The notes beneath the pieces are model-generated. The model ran no database searches, was not told the DNA's origin, and was given only the letters and a program-made list of their open reading frames with translations. Source: an uncultured Chloroflexia bacterium (GTDB lineage: Bacteria > Chloroflexota > Dehalococcoidia > DSTF01 > JALHUB01). From it: a stretch of DNA of 64,000 nt. Shown here in pieces: positions 47,960 to 58,115 of this stretch (position 1 is its first letter; each line of letters opens with the position of its first letter). The position numbers and the translations under genes were made by a program. The DNA is taken from positions 1,600,001-1,664,000 of the forward strand of contig OY969814.1 in assembly GCA_963703345.1 (NCBI GenBank), in the 5' to 3' direction.

Positions 47960-49218
47960 GGCGCGGCCACCTCCAGCGCCGACAGCGCGCCCTCAAGGGT
48001 ATCGAAGGTCGTGTCCACCGTGTCTTCGCCGCGGAGGGTGTAGACGAAGGCGTCGTTCCGGCGCTCGACGGCCAGGACGCGCCGACCGGCCGTCAACGCT
48101 GCGCCCTTGAGAGCGATGGCGACGGGGTGTCCGAAGGCGCGCAGTCGCTGGGCGGCGGCGAATGCTTCGGCGAGAGCGACAGAGTCGTCGCCGTCCGTCT
48201 CGACAATCCACGTCTCCGACTCCTCGTCCGCAGCCGGTGAGCGCTGAAGGTGCGAAACGATCTCGCTCAGAGACAGGGCAAAACCGGACGCGGGCACGCC
48301 CCGGTCGCCAACGAGGGCGACCAGTTGATCGTAGCGGCCGCCGCTTCCCATGCGACAGCCGGCGGCGCGGAACTCGAAGACGGGGCCGGTGTAGTACTCG
48401 AAGTTGCGGACGAGCGTCGTCTGGATCTCGTGCGGGCAGCCGAGGCGGTCGAGCGTGGCGCTGACCGTCGTGAGCTCGCGCAAGGCGTCCGCGACTGCGG
48501 GGACCGCCGCGCCGAAGGCATCGCGGAGGCCGCGCAGGTAGGCTTCGGCGCCGCCCTTTACGTCGAACAGGAGGTGGAGCGGCGCGCGGAGCTGCGGCAG
48601 GCGGGCTTCGATCTCCTCCAGGACCGTCAGGTCGCCGTCTAGCAGACGGTCGTAGCGCAGCGCCTGCTCTTCGGGTTCGAGGCCGGTTTCCGCGAGGACG
48701 GCGCGCACGAGGCCGGCGTGCGAGAGGCCGACTTCGACGTCGCGCAGGCCAAGGCTCTCCAGCACCGCCTTGCCGAGGAGGATGAGCTCCACGTCGCCGG
48801 TCGGGCTCGGGTTTCCGATAAGCTCGACGCCGCATTGCCAGTCCTCGCGGGACTCGTCGCCGGCGGCGAAGCGGAAGACGTTCTGGACGTAGAAGAAACG
48901 GGCGGGCGCTCCGGGCGGCAGGCTCTCGACGTAGAGACGAGCAGCGGGAATGGTGGCGTCGGGCCGGAGGACAACGCGCTCGCCGCTCCAGCCGTCCCAG
49001 TCGAGGAAGGAGTAGACGCGTCCGAGCATCTGCGGCGAGAGCGTGCCGGCGGCAGTGAAGAGATGCAGGTACTCGATCGTCGGCGTGCGGACCTCGGAAT
49101 AGCCCCAGGAGGCGCAAACGCGGGCGAAGTCCTCTTCGACGCGTCGGTAGAGGCGCATCTCCTCGGGCAGCAGGTCGCGCATGCCGGGACAGCGGAGGGA
49201 ACCGTTTTCTTCGGGCAT
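47956..49218 (-). CDS. hisZ: ATP phosphoribosyltransferase regulatory subunit (HisRS-like)
   Basis: GMRD, LRPDAT, EYYTG, GGRYD; overlaps hisG. Confidence 0.8.
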   Translation of the reverse strand: MPEENGSLRCPGMRDLLPEEMRLYRRVEEDFARVCASWGYSEVRTPTIEYLHLFTAAGTLSPQMLGRVYSFLDWDGWSGERVVLRPDATIPAARLYVESLPPGAPARFFYVQNVFRFAAGDESREDWQCGVELIGNPSPTGDVELILLGKAVLESLGLRDVEVGLSHAGLVRAVLAETGLEPEEQALRYDRLLDGDLTVLEEIEARLPQLRAPLHLLFDVKGGAEAYLRGLRDAFGAAVPAVADALRELTTVSATLDRLGCPHEIQTTLVRNFEYYTGPVFEFRAAGCRMGSGGRYDQLVALVGDRGVPASGFALSLSEIVSHLQRSPAADEESETWIVETDGDDSVALAEAFAAAQRLRAFGHPVAIALKGAALTAGRRVLAVERRNDAFVYTLRGEDTVDTTFDTLEGALSALEVAAP

Positions 49219-49367
49219 AGCACTCCAAGGCCGGCCGCTGGGCCCGCCTGTCGGTAGTCTACAATAGCGTTTTGCCGTGATTCAACTTGGCGCCATTCTT
49301 CCCGACGTTTGCGTTTCGCGAGCGTATAATGGTTTGCGTGAGGATTTCCAAGCTGACACGCATCGGC

Positions 49368-50705
49368 ATGAAGGGCGTCCGTCTGCTGACGGCCTGTCTC
49401 GTGCTGGCTGCGGGCACGGTTGGGTCGGCCTGCGGAAATCCGGTGCACGAGCATGGCGCCGTCAACGTGCTGACAGTCGACGGCGACATCAATCCGGTGA
49501 TGGCGCGCTATGTCGAGCGGGGGATAGCGAACGCGGAGGACGCCGACGCCGCGGCGGTGGTCATTCGCGTCGATACGCCGGGCGGGCTGGAGGACTCGAT
49601 GCGCGACATCGTCCAGCGGATCGAAGCGGCGAAGGTGCCGGTAATTACGTATGTGTCGCCCAGCGGCGCGCGGGCGGCTTCGGCGGGTACGTTCATCGTG
49701 CTGGCGGGAAACGTGGCGGCAATGGCGCCGAACACGACGATCGGCGCGGCGCATCCGGTCAACGCGACGGGCGGCGACATTACGGGCACGCTGGGCGACA
49801 AGGTGACGAACGAAGCCGCGGAGTACGCGCGCGGCATCGCCACTTTGCGCGGTCGCAACGCCGATTGGGCGGAGCAGTCGGTGCGGCAGAGCATCGCCAG
49901 CAACCAGGACGAGGCGCTTAGTCAGAACGTGGTCGACCTGGTCAGCGGCAGCACGGACGACCTGCTGAGCCGGGTGGACGGCCGGTCGGTAGCGCTTTCG
50001 TCGGGCACGGTGACGCTGCAAACGAAGGATGCGCCGGTGGTCACGAACGGCATGACGCTGGTGGAGCGCTTCCTTCTCATCATCAGCGATCCCAACATCG
50101 CCTTCCTTCTCATCAGCCTCGGCAGCCTGGGCATCCTCATCGAGCTAATCCATCCGGGCATAGCCTTCCCCGGCATCTTCGGGGCGATAGCGCTCCTCAT
50201 CGGCTTCTTCTCAGTCGGGACGCTGCCGGTGAACTGGGCCGGCGTCTTCTTCATCATCCTGGCGTTCGTCCTGTTTGGAGCGGAGCTGGTGGTGGGCGCC
50301 CACGGCACCCTGGGCATCGGCGGCGTGATATCCTTGATTCTGGGAGGGCTGCTCCTGACGAGCACGAGCAATCCGCAGTTCCAGGTGTCGCGATGGCTTG
50401 TCTTCGGCCTTGCGGCGGTGATCGCCTTTTTCGTATTCTCGATCGTCAGCTCGATCATTCGCGCTCGCCGCCTGCCGGCGACGCTGAGCACGTACACGCT
50501 CGTCGGGAAGCGGGCCGTGGCGAGGACGCCGCTGGAGCCGACGGGCATCGTCTTCATCAACGGTGAGCGCTGGACGGCGACTTCGACCGGTCGATCGGTC
50601 AAACAGGGAGAGCCGGTGGAGATAACCGGCGTCGACGGTATCAAGCTGCAGGTGCGGCCATTCGAAAAGGAGGACGAAGGTGGCACGAATGGAAATACAG
50701 CCTGA
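49368..50705 (+). CDS. nfeD: NfeD membrane serine protease
   Basis: DTPGG, AASAG, IGAAHPV, TM domain, C-terminal OB fold (GERW). Confidence 0.9.
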   Translation: MKGVRLLTACLVLAAGTVGSACGNPVHEHGAVNVLTVDGDINPVMARYVERGIANAEDADAAAVVIRVDTPGGLEDSMRDIVQRIEAAKVPVITYVSPSGARAASAGTFIVLAGNVAAMAPNTTIGAAHPVNATGGDITGTLGDKVTNEAAEYARGIATLRGRNADWAEQSVRQSIASNQDEALSQNVVDLVSGSTDDLLSRVDGRSVALSSGTVTLQTKDAPVVTNGMTLVERFLLIISDPNIAFLLISLGSLGILIELIHPGIAFPGIFGAIALLIGFFSVGTLPVNWAGVFFIILAFVLFGAELVVGAHGTLGIGGVISLILGGLLLTSTSNPQFQVSRWLVFGLAAVIAFFVFSIVSSIIRARRLPATLSTYTLVGKRAVARTPLEPTGIVFINGERWTATSTGRSVKQGEPVEITGVDGIKLQVRPFEKEDEGGTNGNTA

Positions 50706-51579
50706 GGAGCAGGCCGAAGAGCGAATGATCACCAACACCGCGATGCGCTGGCTCCTGCTGCCGCTGGCGATCATCGGATCGCTGCGGATCATCCAGGAGT
50801 ACGAGCGAGGGGTGCTGTTCCGGCTCGGCCACGCGATGGGGGTCACGCCGCCGGGGCCGTTCCTCGTCATCCCCGGCTTCGAACGGCTGGTGAAGCGCGA
50901 TCTGCGCATCGTGACGATGGACGTGCCCAGCCAGGAGGCGATCACCAAGGACAACGTGACCGTGAAGGTGAACGCCGTCGTCTACTTCCGCATCGTGCGG
51001 CCGTGGGAAGCGGTCCTGAAGGTGCTGGACCACATTCGGGCGACGTTCCAGATAGCGCAGACGACGCTGCGAAGCGTGCTGGGGCAGTCGTCGCTGGACG
51101 AGCTTCTCGCCGAGCGGGAGAAGATCAACCAGCGTCTTCAGCAGATCATCGATGAGCAGACGGAGCCCTGGGGCGTCAAGGTCACCACCGTCGAGGTGAA
51201 GGACGTGGAGCTGCCACAGGGGATGCAGCGGGCGATGGCGCGCCAGGCGGAGGCGGAGAGAGAGCGTCGGGCGAAGATCATCAACGCCGAGGGCGAATTC
51301 CAGGCGGCCGAGCGGCTGGCGCAGGCAGGCGCGATTATCGCGGCGACGCCGACGACGCTGCAGCTACGCTTCTTGCAGACGCTGGCGGAGATAGCGACGG
51401 AGAAGAACAGCACAATCGTCTTCCCGGTGCCGATCGACATAATCCGGGCCTTCATAGAGAAGGGCGGCGCCGTCGTGATGCCCAGTCCGGTGGAGACGAT
51501 GGAGACGATGAAGGCGCTGCAGGCGCAGCCGCCGGCGGAGATGGCGCCGCCAGCGGAGATGGAGCCGCCGCCCGAGTAG
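50680..51579 (+). CDS. SPFH/stomatin (slipin) protein
   Basis: [36 protein letters not shown]. Confidence 0.95.
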   Translation: MARMEIQPEEQAEERMITNTAMRWLLLPLAIIGSLRIIQEYERGVLFRLGHAMGVTPPGPFLVIPGFERLVKRDLRIVTMDVPSQEAITKDNVTVKVNAVVYFRIVRPWEAVLKVLDHIRATFQIAQTTLRSVLGQSSLDELLAEREKINQRLQQIIDEQTEPWGVKVTTVEVKDVELPQGMQRAMARQAEAERERRAKIINAEGEFQAAERLAQAGAIIAATPTTLQLRFLQTLAEIATEKNSTIVFPVPIDIIRAFIEKGGAVVMPSPVETMETMKALQAQPPAEMAPPAEMEPPPE

Positions 51580-51608
51580 GACGGGCCCGAGCCGAAGGAG
51601 GTCGGTTG

Positions 51609-52226
51609 ATGGAGCCGCTCAAGTGTGTTGAGTGTGGCGCATTGTTCGAATTGTCGGAGGATAGACGGCGGAGGTATCCAAAGTGGAAACCGAAGGTATG
51701 CCTAGCCTGCTACACGCGCGCCAGGCAGCGCCCTGAACTCAACCTTTCGACCGACGAGGTACTTCAGAGGTTCACCAAGGGCCCGAACACAGGTCTCTTC
51801 ACAGATGGCAGTTGTGAGCACAATCCGAATGGACCAGGTGGATGGGGAGCGGTGAGAGTCCGGAACGGCGTCGTTATGGTTCAGAAGTGCGGGCATTCGC
51901 CCGAGACCACGAGCAATCGCATGGAACTCACGGCACTCATTGAAGCGTACAAGATGCTGGCACCCGATGAGGAAGCAGTAGTCTACACAGACAACAGGTA
52001 CGGTCAAAACATCGCCTCGGCGTGGGCACGGACGTGGAAGAGAAACGGATGGACCCGAGGAAAGAAGCACGAGCCGGTAGAGAACCTAGACCTAGTGCAG
52101 GAATTGTACGCATTGGTTGAGGCTCACCCGCTGGTTCGCGTGGAATGGCAAAGGGGACACGACGGCTGTCGGTGGAATGAGTACGCTGACTCCCTATCGA
52201 CAGCGTACACCCGCGATAGTGTCTAG
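51609..52226 (+). CDS. rnhA: ribonuclease HI with N-terminal zinc ribbon
   Basis: CVEC..CLAC; TDGSC, NRMEL, YTD, RGH, NEYAD; lower GC. Confidence 0.85.
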   Translation: MEPLKCVECGALFELSEDRRRRYPKWKPKVCLACYTRARQRPELNLSTDEVLQRFTKGPNTGLFTDGSCEHNPNGPGGWGAVRVRNGVVMVQKCGHSPETTSNRMELTALIEAYKMLAPDEEAVVYTDNRYGQNIASAWARTWKRNGWTRGKKHEPVENLDLVQELYALVEAHPLVRVEWQRGHDGCRWNEYADSLSTAYTRDSV

Positions 52227-53005
52227 GACTCCCCAGCCAGCGTGACGTCGCCGGCGGAGATGACGGCGATGCTGCCGTCGGGGCGACGCAGCAGGAGGTT
52301 GCCCTCGGCGTCAACGTCCTCCGCGACGCCTTCCTCCAGGCGGTCGCCGAACTGCGCGCGCACCTGCTTACCGAGCGTCTCTAACCGCGTTCGCCAGGCC
52401 TCGTAGACATCGCCGTCGAGGCGAGAGGCGGCGAGGAGCTTCTCGAATCGGTTGAGAACGGTGGCAAGCAGCTTCTCCCGCGCGACTTTTCGTCCGGACT
52501 CGTGCTCCAGGCTGACGGCGATGTCGCGAATCCCTTCGTGCTGCGAGGGGTCGAGATCGACGTTAACGCCGATGCCGACGAGCGCGTACTCGACGTCACC
52601 GCCGCGGAGACGCGAGTCGATCAGGATACCGCCCACCTTGCGCCCTTCAATCAATATGTCGTTCGGCCATTTGATGCTGCTCCTCACGCCGGCGACGGCG
52701 TCGACCGCTTCGCAGACCGCGAGCGGCGCCACCATGACGAGTTGACGGACGGCGTCGGGCTCCGGGCGAAGGACGATGGTGACGTAGAGGCCACCGGGCG
52801 GCGAGACCCAGGCGCGGCCGCGGCGCCCGCGACCGGCGGTCTGCTCATCGGCGAGGACGATGAAGCCGTGGGGAGCGCCAGATTCCGCCTCTTCTCGCGC
52901 CACGTCCATCGTCGAAGAGACGGCGCTTTGATGCAGGGCCAACCGACCAAGTGAGTCGGTTTCAAGCAGCGACTGGAGCGCGCTTAGACAAAAGTCGCCA
53001 TTCAT
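52223..53005 (-). CDS. birA: biotin-protein ligase (no HTH)
   Basis: QTAGRGRRGRAW, KWPND, KVGGIL, GIGVN. Confidence 0.93.
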   Translation of the reverse strand: MNGDFCLSALQSLLETDSLGRLALHQSAVSSTMDVAREEAESGAPHGFIVLADEQTAGRGRRGRAWVSPPGGLYVTIVLRPEPDAVRQLVMVAPLAVCEAVDAVAGVRSSIKWPNDILIEGRKVGGILIDSRLRGGDVEYALVGIGVNVDLDPSQHEGIRDIAVSLEHESGRKVAREKLLATVLNRFEKLLAASRLDGDVYEAWRTRLETLGKQVRAQFGDRLEEGVAEDVDAEGNLLLRRPDGSIAVISAGDVTLAGES

Positions 53006-54540
53006 TTCGGCACCGGGTACAGCTCTTGGAGGAGCTCGCGGGCGACGCTTCGGTCGTCCCAGGGGACATGCATGTCGCCGATGACCATCGATTGCTCGGT
53101 GCCCTTGCCAGCGAGGAGCACGACGTCGCCGGGGCGCGCGAGCTCGAAGGCGCGGCGGATGGCGGCGCGGCGGTTCGGAACGCGCAGGAAGTCGTCGCTT
53201 TCCCGACGGCCGGCGGCGATGAGGGCGCGGGCGATCTCGGCGATGATGGCGTCGGGGTCCTCGGAGCGCGGGTCTTCGTTCGTGAGGATGACGAAATCGG
53301 CGAGCTCGGCGGCGGCGCGGCCCATCCCTTGGCGGCGATTGTGGTCGCGCTCACCGGCGCAACCGAAGACGGCGATGAGGCGGCCTTTCGTCGTCGAACG
53401 GAGGACCTGGAGGACGCGACGCAGGGCCTCCGGCGTGGAAGCGATATCGACGACGACGGGGAACGGCTGGCCGCAGTCGACCGTCTCCATGCGGCCGGGC
53501 ACACCCTTGAAGGCGGCAAGCGCGGCGCATGTTGTCTCCGGCGCTACCCCAAGCGAGAGGGCGACGGCGACGGCGGCAAGGGCATCGTACAGGTTGTGCC
53601 GTCCGGGAAGCGGCAGGCGGACGGGCAGGCGGCCAAACGCCCCGACGAGGTCGAAGACGGAGGCGAGCGGCTCCAGTCGAAGCGATTCGGCGCGGATGTC
53701 GGCCGGCGCGTCGATGGCGTAGGTGACGGCGTTGGCGCGCGTACGGGAGCGCAGAACGTCGGAGGCGGGATCGTCGGCGTTGAGGACGGCCGTCTTGGGC
53801 ACGCCCTTGTCGACGCTCTCGTCCAGCATCCCAAACAGGCGGCCCTTCGCGGCGAGGTAGGCGGACGAGTCGCCATGGAAGTCGAGGTGGTCGCTGCTGA
53901 GGGTCGTGAAGACCGCAACGTCGAACTCGCACTCGTCGACGCGGTTGAGCGCGAGGCCGTGCGAGGAAGCCTCGATGACGGCGTAGCGGCGGCCCCCCGC
54001 GACCATACGGGCGAGCATCTCCTGCACTTCGGGCGCCTGGAGCGTCGTCATGTGGGTGGCGTTGAGCTCCGGGCTGGTCGCTGTCTGGAAGGCAACGCTG
54101 CTGAGGTAGCCGGCAGGCAGGCAGGCCGCCTCCAGGAGCGCGGCGATGAGATGGACGGTGGTTGTCTTGCCGTCGGTGCCGGTGACGCCGATTGTGACGA
54201 GCCTTCGGGCCGGGAATCCCCAGAAGGCGGCGGCAATTCGCGCCAGCGAGCGGCGGCTGTCGGGGACGACGACGAAGGCCGCGCTACCACCGTTTGCCAG
54301 CGCCTGCCACTTCGCCTGCCGGTCGGCCTGGACGACGATTGCGGCGGCGCCCTTTTCAAGCGCCATGGCGACGAAGTCGTGGCCGTCGCGGCTTTGCGGC
54401 GGCAGGGCGCCGGGCACGGCGACGAAGACCGAGCCCGAGGTGACGAGTCGGGAGTCGTAGCAAACGGCCGGGACGGACGCAGGCGGTTGCCCGTCGAAGC
54501 GGGCGTAGGGCAGGAGCAAAGGCCAGTCGATGCGGGTCAT
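53002..54540 (-). CDS. murE: Mur ligase, MurE type
   Basis: DSR, GVTGTDGKTT, EASSH, DHLDFH, PGRME, NEDPR, AGKG. Confidence 0.85.
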   Translation of the reverse strand: MTRIDWPLLLPYARFDGQPPASVPAVCYDSRLVTSGSVFVAVPGALPPQSRDGHDFVAMALEKGAAAIVVQADRQAKWQALANGGSAAFVVVPDSRRSLARIAAAFWGFPARRLVTIGVTGTDGKTTTVHLIAALLEAACLPAGYLSSVAFQTATSPELNATHMTTLQAPEVQEMLARMVAGGRRYAVIEASSHGLALNRVDECEFDVAVFTTLSSDHLDFHGDSSAYLAAKGRLFGMLDESVDKGVPKTAVLNADDPASDVLRSRTRANAVTYAIDAPADIRAESLRLEPLASVFDLVGAFGRLPVRLPLPGRHNLYDALAAVAVALSLGVAPETTCAALAAFKGVPGRMETVDCGQPFPVVVDIASTPEALRRVLQVLRSTTKGRLIAVFGCAGERDHNRRQGMGRAAAELADFVILTNEDPRSEDPDAIIAEIARALIAAGRRESDDFLRVPNRRAAIRRAFELARPGDVVLLAGKGTEQSMVIGDMHVPWDDRSVARELLQELYPVPK

Positions 54541-54637
54541 ATCACCTCGCGAGTCGATTTCCGTCATTATAGCGCCGGAGCCGAGCGTCGGCGAGAAAAG
54601 GGAGGCCCGTCCGCCTGAGGCGGACGGGCCACGCAAG

Positions 54638-55044
54638 CGCCAGCGGACCTGTAAGCCGAGTTCTGTCTTTCCGCCCAAGGCGGACAGGCCGCCTTCGACG
54701 AAACGGTGACCATCTATCTGGGATGACGGTTGCCCGCCACCTCTAGCGACCAACCCGAGGACGGGCCGGGCGAGCCCATAGTCCTCCTATTCGGTCTTGC
54801 TCCGGGTGGGGCTTGCCCGGCCAGCCGGTCGCCCGACTGCCGGTGAGCTCTTACCTCGCCATTTCACCCTTATCCACCTGAGGCAGACAGGCCGCCTGCG
54901 GCGGACGGTATGTTTCTGTGGCGCTTTCCGTAGGGTCGCCCCTCCTGGGTGTTACCCAGCACCCTCGCCCGGTGGAGCTCGGACTTTCCTCCCTCATGCG
55001 TCTGCATCGCAGACGCGCGAGAGCGGTCACCCGGTCTGCTGGCG
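54638..55044 (-). ncRNA. rnpB: RNase P RNA (type A)
   Basis: GAGGAAAGTCCG near the 5' end, ACAGAACTCGGCTTACAGG at the 3' end, complementary P1 termini, TATACT -10 upstream. Confidence 0.95.
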
Positions 55045-55108
55045 AGTCAAGTATAGCAGGAACGGGAGGACTTTAGAAGGCCGCCGTACTTCTGCCGGCG
55101 CGCCGAGG

Positions 55109-55338
55109 GCGTGTCTGAGGCGTCACTATAGGCAGCCCGGAGCGCGTTAGCACAAGCGCCTCGAGCGCGTGTCTGAGGCGTCACTATAGGCAGCCCGGAG
55201 CGCGTTAGCACAAGCGCCTCGAGCGCGTGTCTGAGGCGTCACTATAGGCAGCCCGGAGCGCGTTAGCACAAGCGCCTCGAGCGCGTGTCTGAGGCGTCAC
55301 TATAGGCAGCCCGGAGCGCGTTAGCACAAGCGCCTCGA
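55109..55338. repeat. perfect tandem repeat, 58 bp x ~4
   Basis: Unit GCGTGTCTGAGGCGTCACTATAGGCAGCCCGGAGCGCGTTAGCACAAGCGCCTCGAGC starting at 55109, 55167, 55225, 55283; no spacers. Confidence 0.95.
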
Positions 55339-55377
55339 CGGCCTGGATCGTTCGTTGGATAGACAGGCGCCAATTCG

Positions 55378-55797
55378 TTATGTCGAGCTGTCGAGGGCCT
55401 GGTTGGCGAGGTTGTCGGCGAGGCGATTGCCGGTGCGCGGGACGTTTCGAAAGGTGGCGGACTGGAAACGGCTGCGCAGGTCAAGGAGGCGCTTGTAGAG
55501 AGGGATCAGTCGCGGGTTTCGAACGCGGTAACGGCCGGTGAGCTGCCGGACGACGAGCTCGGAGTCCATGCGCAGCTCGACATGAGCGGCACCGAGGCCC
55601 AATGCGGCTTCCAGAGCGCTGATGGCGGCACGGTACTCCGCCTCGTTGTTGGTGCCGACGCCGGTTCGTCGCGACTGCCGGTGGACTTCGCGGCCGGCGG
55701 GATCGAAGATGACGACGCCGACAGCCGAAGGACCCGGGTTGCCCCGCGAGGCGCCGTCGGCATAGGCGACGTAGACCGACCGCTGCGCCTCGCTCAC
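55378..55797 (-). CDS. ribonuclease HI family protein (short type)
   Basis: ADGASRGNPG, TNNEAEY, DSELVVRQ, N..AD.LAN. Confidence 0.92.
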   Translation of the reverse strand: MSEAQRSVYVAYADGASRGNPGPSAVGVVIFDPAGREVHRQSRRTGVGTNNEAEYRAAISALEAALGLGAAHVELRMDSELVVRQLTGRYRVRNPRLIPLYKRLLDLRSRFQSATFRNVPRTGNRLADNLANQALDSST

Positions 55798-57206
55798 GGC
55801 CGCAGCGACACCTCGATGCCATCGTCGACGACGATAATACGGTTGACGACGTCACGCAGGAGAGAGCGCCGCGAGGGGAAATCGAGCGAGTCCCAGCGGT
55901 CGCAGAGACGAAGCAACGCCTGCTCCTGCGCCCGCCGTCGCGCGGCCACCGACGCCTGTTCCTCGACGCGCCGCTCCGCCGCGACTAATCGCCCCTCCAT
56001 CTCAAGCCGCTCGGTGGCAAGCGCCATGCCGAGTGATTGCAGCTTCTCGCGGCTAAGGCGGCCGCGGGCGGCGGCGTCCATGTGCCGCTCCAGTCGCTTG
56101 TCCAGTTGGGCCAGGCGGCGTCGCATCTCTTCTCGCTCTTCCTTCGATTCGGCGAAGACGGCGTCCTGATCACCGGCCTGGCGGAAGGCGCTTCCGCCAT
56201 CTAGGTCGAGTGCGGAAAGCTGCCCGCGCACCTCGCTTTCGAGGTCGTCGGCGCGACGGGTGTGATAATCGCAGAGGCTCTGGTTTGTGCGCGACTGGCA
56301 CTGATAATAGCGATAGGAGGCTTCGGCGACGGAACCGTCCCGCTGCCGCTTCCAACTCTGTCGGCGGCTTACGCCAATCATTTTGTTGTTGCAGTAGCCG
56401 CAGTAGACGAGTCCGGAGAGCAGGAAGGGCGCGGCCTGCGGCGCGGAGTAGCTGCTGCGGCGCGCCATCAGGCAGTCCTGCACGCGGCGGAAGTCCTCAT
56501 TTGAGATGAGAGCGGGATGGCTGCCCGGCACGCGGACGCCGAAGCGGCTGTAGGTGCCAAGGTAGGTGCGGTTGCGAAGGATGTCGCGGATGCTCACCAT
56601 GCTCCAGTTGCCGCCGCGTCGGGTCTTGACGCCCTCCTGGTTCAGGCAGCGGGCGATGCGTCGGATGCCGAGCCCCTCCTGCAAGTAGAGTCGAAAGATG
56701 TAGCGGACGACGACGGCTTCCTCCGGGACCAGGTCCAGGCGGCGGCGATTGCCGACCCGATAGCCGAAAGGCGGCCGGCCGAGCACTTCGCCTCTGACGG
56801 CTTTGCGTCGCATGGCGGAGCGTACTTTGTCGCCGACGCGGCCCTGGTTGCTCTTGGTCCAGGCTTCGAGGAGGCGACCGGTTGCGTCGTCGTCGTTCAT
56901 GACGAGCACCTGGGCGCCGAGGCCCTGCAGCTCGAACCAGCTCCGGGCGGCCTCCTTGACGTCGCGGCCGAGGCAATCGATTGACGGCGTGACGACCATC
57001 AGGAAGCCTTTCTCCGGCCGCTTGAGGAACTCGACGAGTTGCTGGTAGCCGGGACGCCTTTCGGCATCGACTGCGGCACCGTCGACGAAGGAGGCGACCG
57101 CCTCGTAGCCGCGATCACGGCAGAACTCAAGGAAGGCCGTGCTCTGCGCCGCGAGCGGTTCGCCGCGATCCCCCGCGGGCTCTTTGAAGTAGCCTACCGC
57201 CTTCAT
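55794..57206 (-). CDS. large serine recombinase-family protein with degenerate catalytic domain
   Basis: Recombinase domain (PPFGY, ILRNRTYLG, HPALIS) and Zn ribbon (CGYC..YQC..C); YFKEP in place of YxRxS. Confidence 0.85.
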   Translation of the reverse strand: MKAVGYFKEPAGDRGEPLAAQSTAFLEFCRDRGYEAVASFVDGAAVDAERRPGYQQLVEFLKRPEKGFLMVVTPSIDCLGRDVKEAARSWFELQGLGAQVLVMNDDDATGRLLEAWTKSNQGRVGDKVRSAMRRKAVRGEVLGRPPFGYRVGNRRRLDLVPEEAVVVRYIFRLYLQEGLGIRRIARCLNQEGVKTRRGGNWSMVSIRDILRNRTYLGTYSRFGVRVPGSHPALISNEDFRRVQDCLMARRSSYSAPQAAPFLLSGLVYCGYCNNKMIGVSRRQSWKRQRDGSVAEASYRYYQCQSRTNQSLCDYHTRRADDLESEVRGQLSALDLDGGSAFRQAGDQDAVFAESKEEREEMRRRLAQLDKRLERHMDAAARGRLSREKLQSLGMALATERLEMEGRLVAAERRVEEQASVAARRRAQEQALLRLCDRWDSLDFPSRRSLLRDVVNRIIVVDDGIEVSLRP

Positions 57207-57210
57207 CCGA

Positions 57211-57915
57211 TCAACTCACGTAGAGTATCCGCTCGCAACTGCTGCATTGGACGATGACGTCGGAGCCGCCGCGGGCCTTCTGCAGTAGCGACATGGGCAG
57301 GGAGATGCGGCAGCCGCCGCAGGTGCCCCGCTCGACCTTGGCGACGGCGCGCCCCTGGTGCTTGGAGCGAAGGACGTCGTACTGGGAGAGCCCCGCGCCA
57401 TCTATGGCTGCCCGCTGCTGTGCCCGCTTCCCTTCCAGTTCCTCGATCTCGGCCGTCAGGTCAGCTTGCCGTTGGCGAAGGTCTCGCTGCTCTTGCTCCC
57501 AGGCGCCTAGAAGCGAGGCATGCTCGCGACGGGCGGCGGCAAGCGCTCTTTCCGCCTCTTCGAGCTGCGACATCACTTCGAGCGCCTTGTCCTCGAGGAC
57601 GCGTTTGCGCGCCTGGATGGACTGGATGTCCTCCTGCAGGCTCGCGAGCTCCTTGGGGTTGTGGAGGGTGCCGGCGTAGAGCTTCTTCTCCAGGGGCCGG
57701 ATCTTGTTCGTCAGGTCGTCGACCTCCCATTCGGCGCTGCGGAGGTGCTTCTGAATCTCCTGTGCTTCGCCTTCCCACCCGCCGATTGCGGCGGCCGCCT
57801 CCGCGACCTCTTCGGAGTCGCCGAGCCGCCCTTCGATCTCCTCCAGAGCAGCGCGCTGGCTGTCGATCTCCAGGTCCGTCTCCTGAAGCTCGTAGAGGTC
57901 GGATATTCTTGTCAT
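57211..57915 (-). CDS. coiled-coil protein with C4 zinc ribbon (zf-RING_7 type)
   Basis: LQETDLEID coiled coil; CGGC...CSSCERIL. Confidence 0.9.
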   Translation of the reverse strand: MTRISDLYELQETDLEIDSQRAALEEIEGRLGDSEEVAEAAAAIGGWEGEAQEIQKHLRSAEWEVDDLTNKIRPLEKKLYAGTLHNPKELASLQEDIQSIQARKRVLEDKALEVMSQLEEAERALAAARREHASLLGAWEQEQRDLRQRQADLTAEIEELEGKRAQQRAAIDGAGLSQYDVLRSKHQGRAVAKVERGTCGGCRISLPMSLLQKARGGSDVIVQCSSCERILYVS

Positions 57916-58046
57916 GCGGTCAATTGCAGGCGTGGGTTGCTACTCGTGTCAGGACGAAGGGTGGGAGGCCCATCGCTGGGCCGCAAGCAGGATTATACGG
58001 CGAGCGGCGAAAGACCCGCAAGACGAGACGGAGCGATCCGTCTGGT

Positions 58047-58076
58047 TTGACCCGCGCAAACAGCGCTCTTTATAAT
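58047..58076 (+). promoter_or_regulatory. sigma70 promoter of the yceD-rpmF operon
   Basis: TTGACC-18-TATAAT. Confidence 0.65.
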
Positions 58077-58115
58077 GGAATTTGAACTTGTTCCTCAGAA
58101 GGTTGTGATCCAATA

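Noticed and set aside
822-54618. long antisense or alternate-frame ORFs (e.g. 822-2273, 4750-6393, 30949-32451, 34774-36288, 44671-46164, 52951-54618)
   Set aside because: Shadows of real high-GC genes, with no motifs
55109-55338. CRISPR array
   Set aside because: The units are fully identical with no unique spacers, and there are no cas genes
55794-57206. active prophage or ICE integrase marking an island
   Set aside because: Catalytic Ser motif missing, coupled to core genes, no att repeats or mobile cargo
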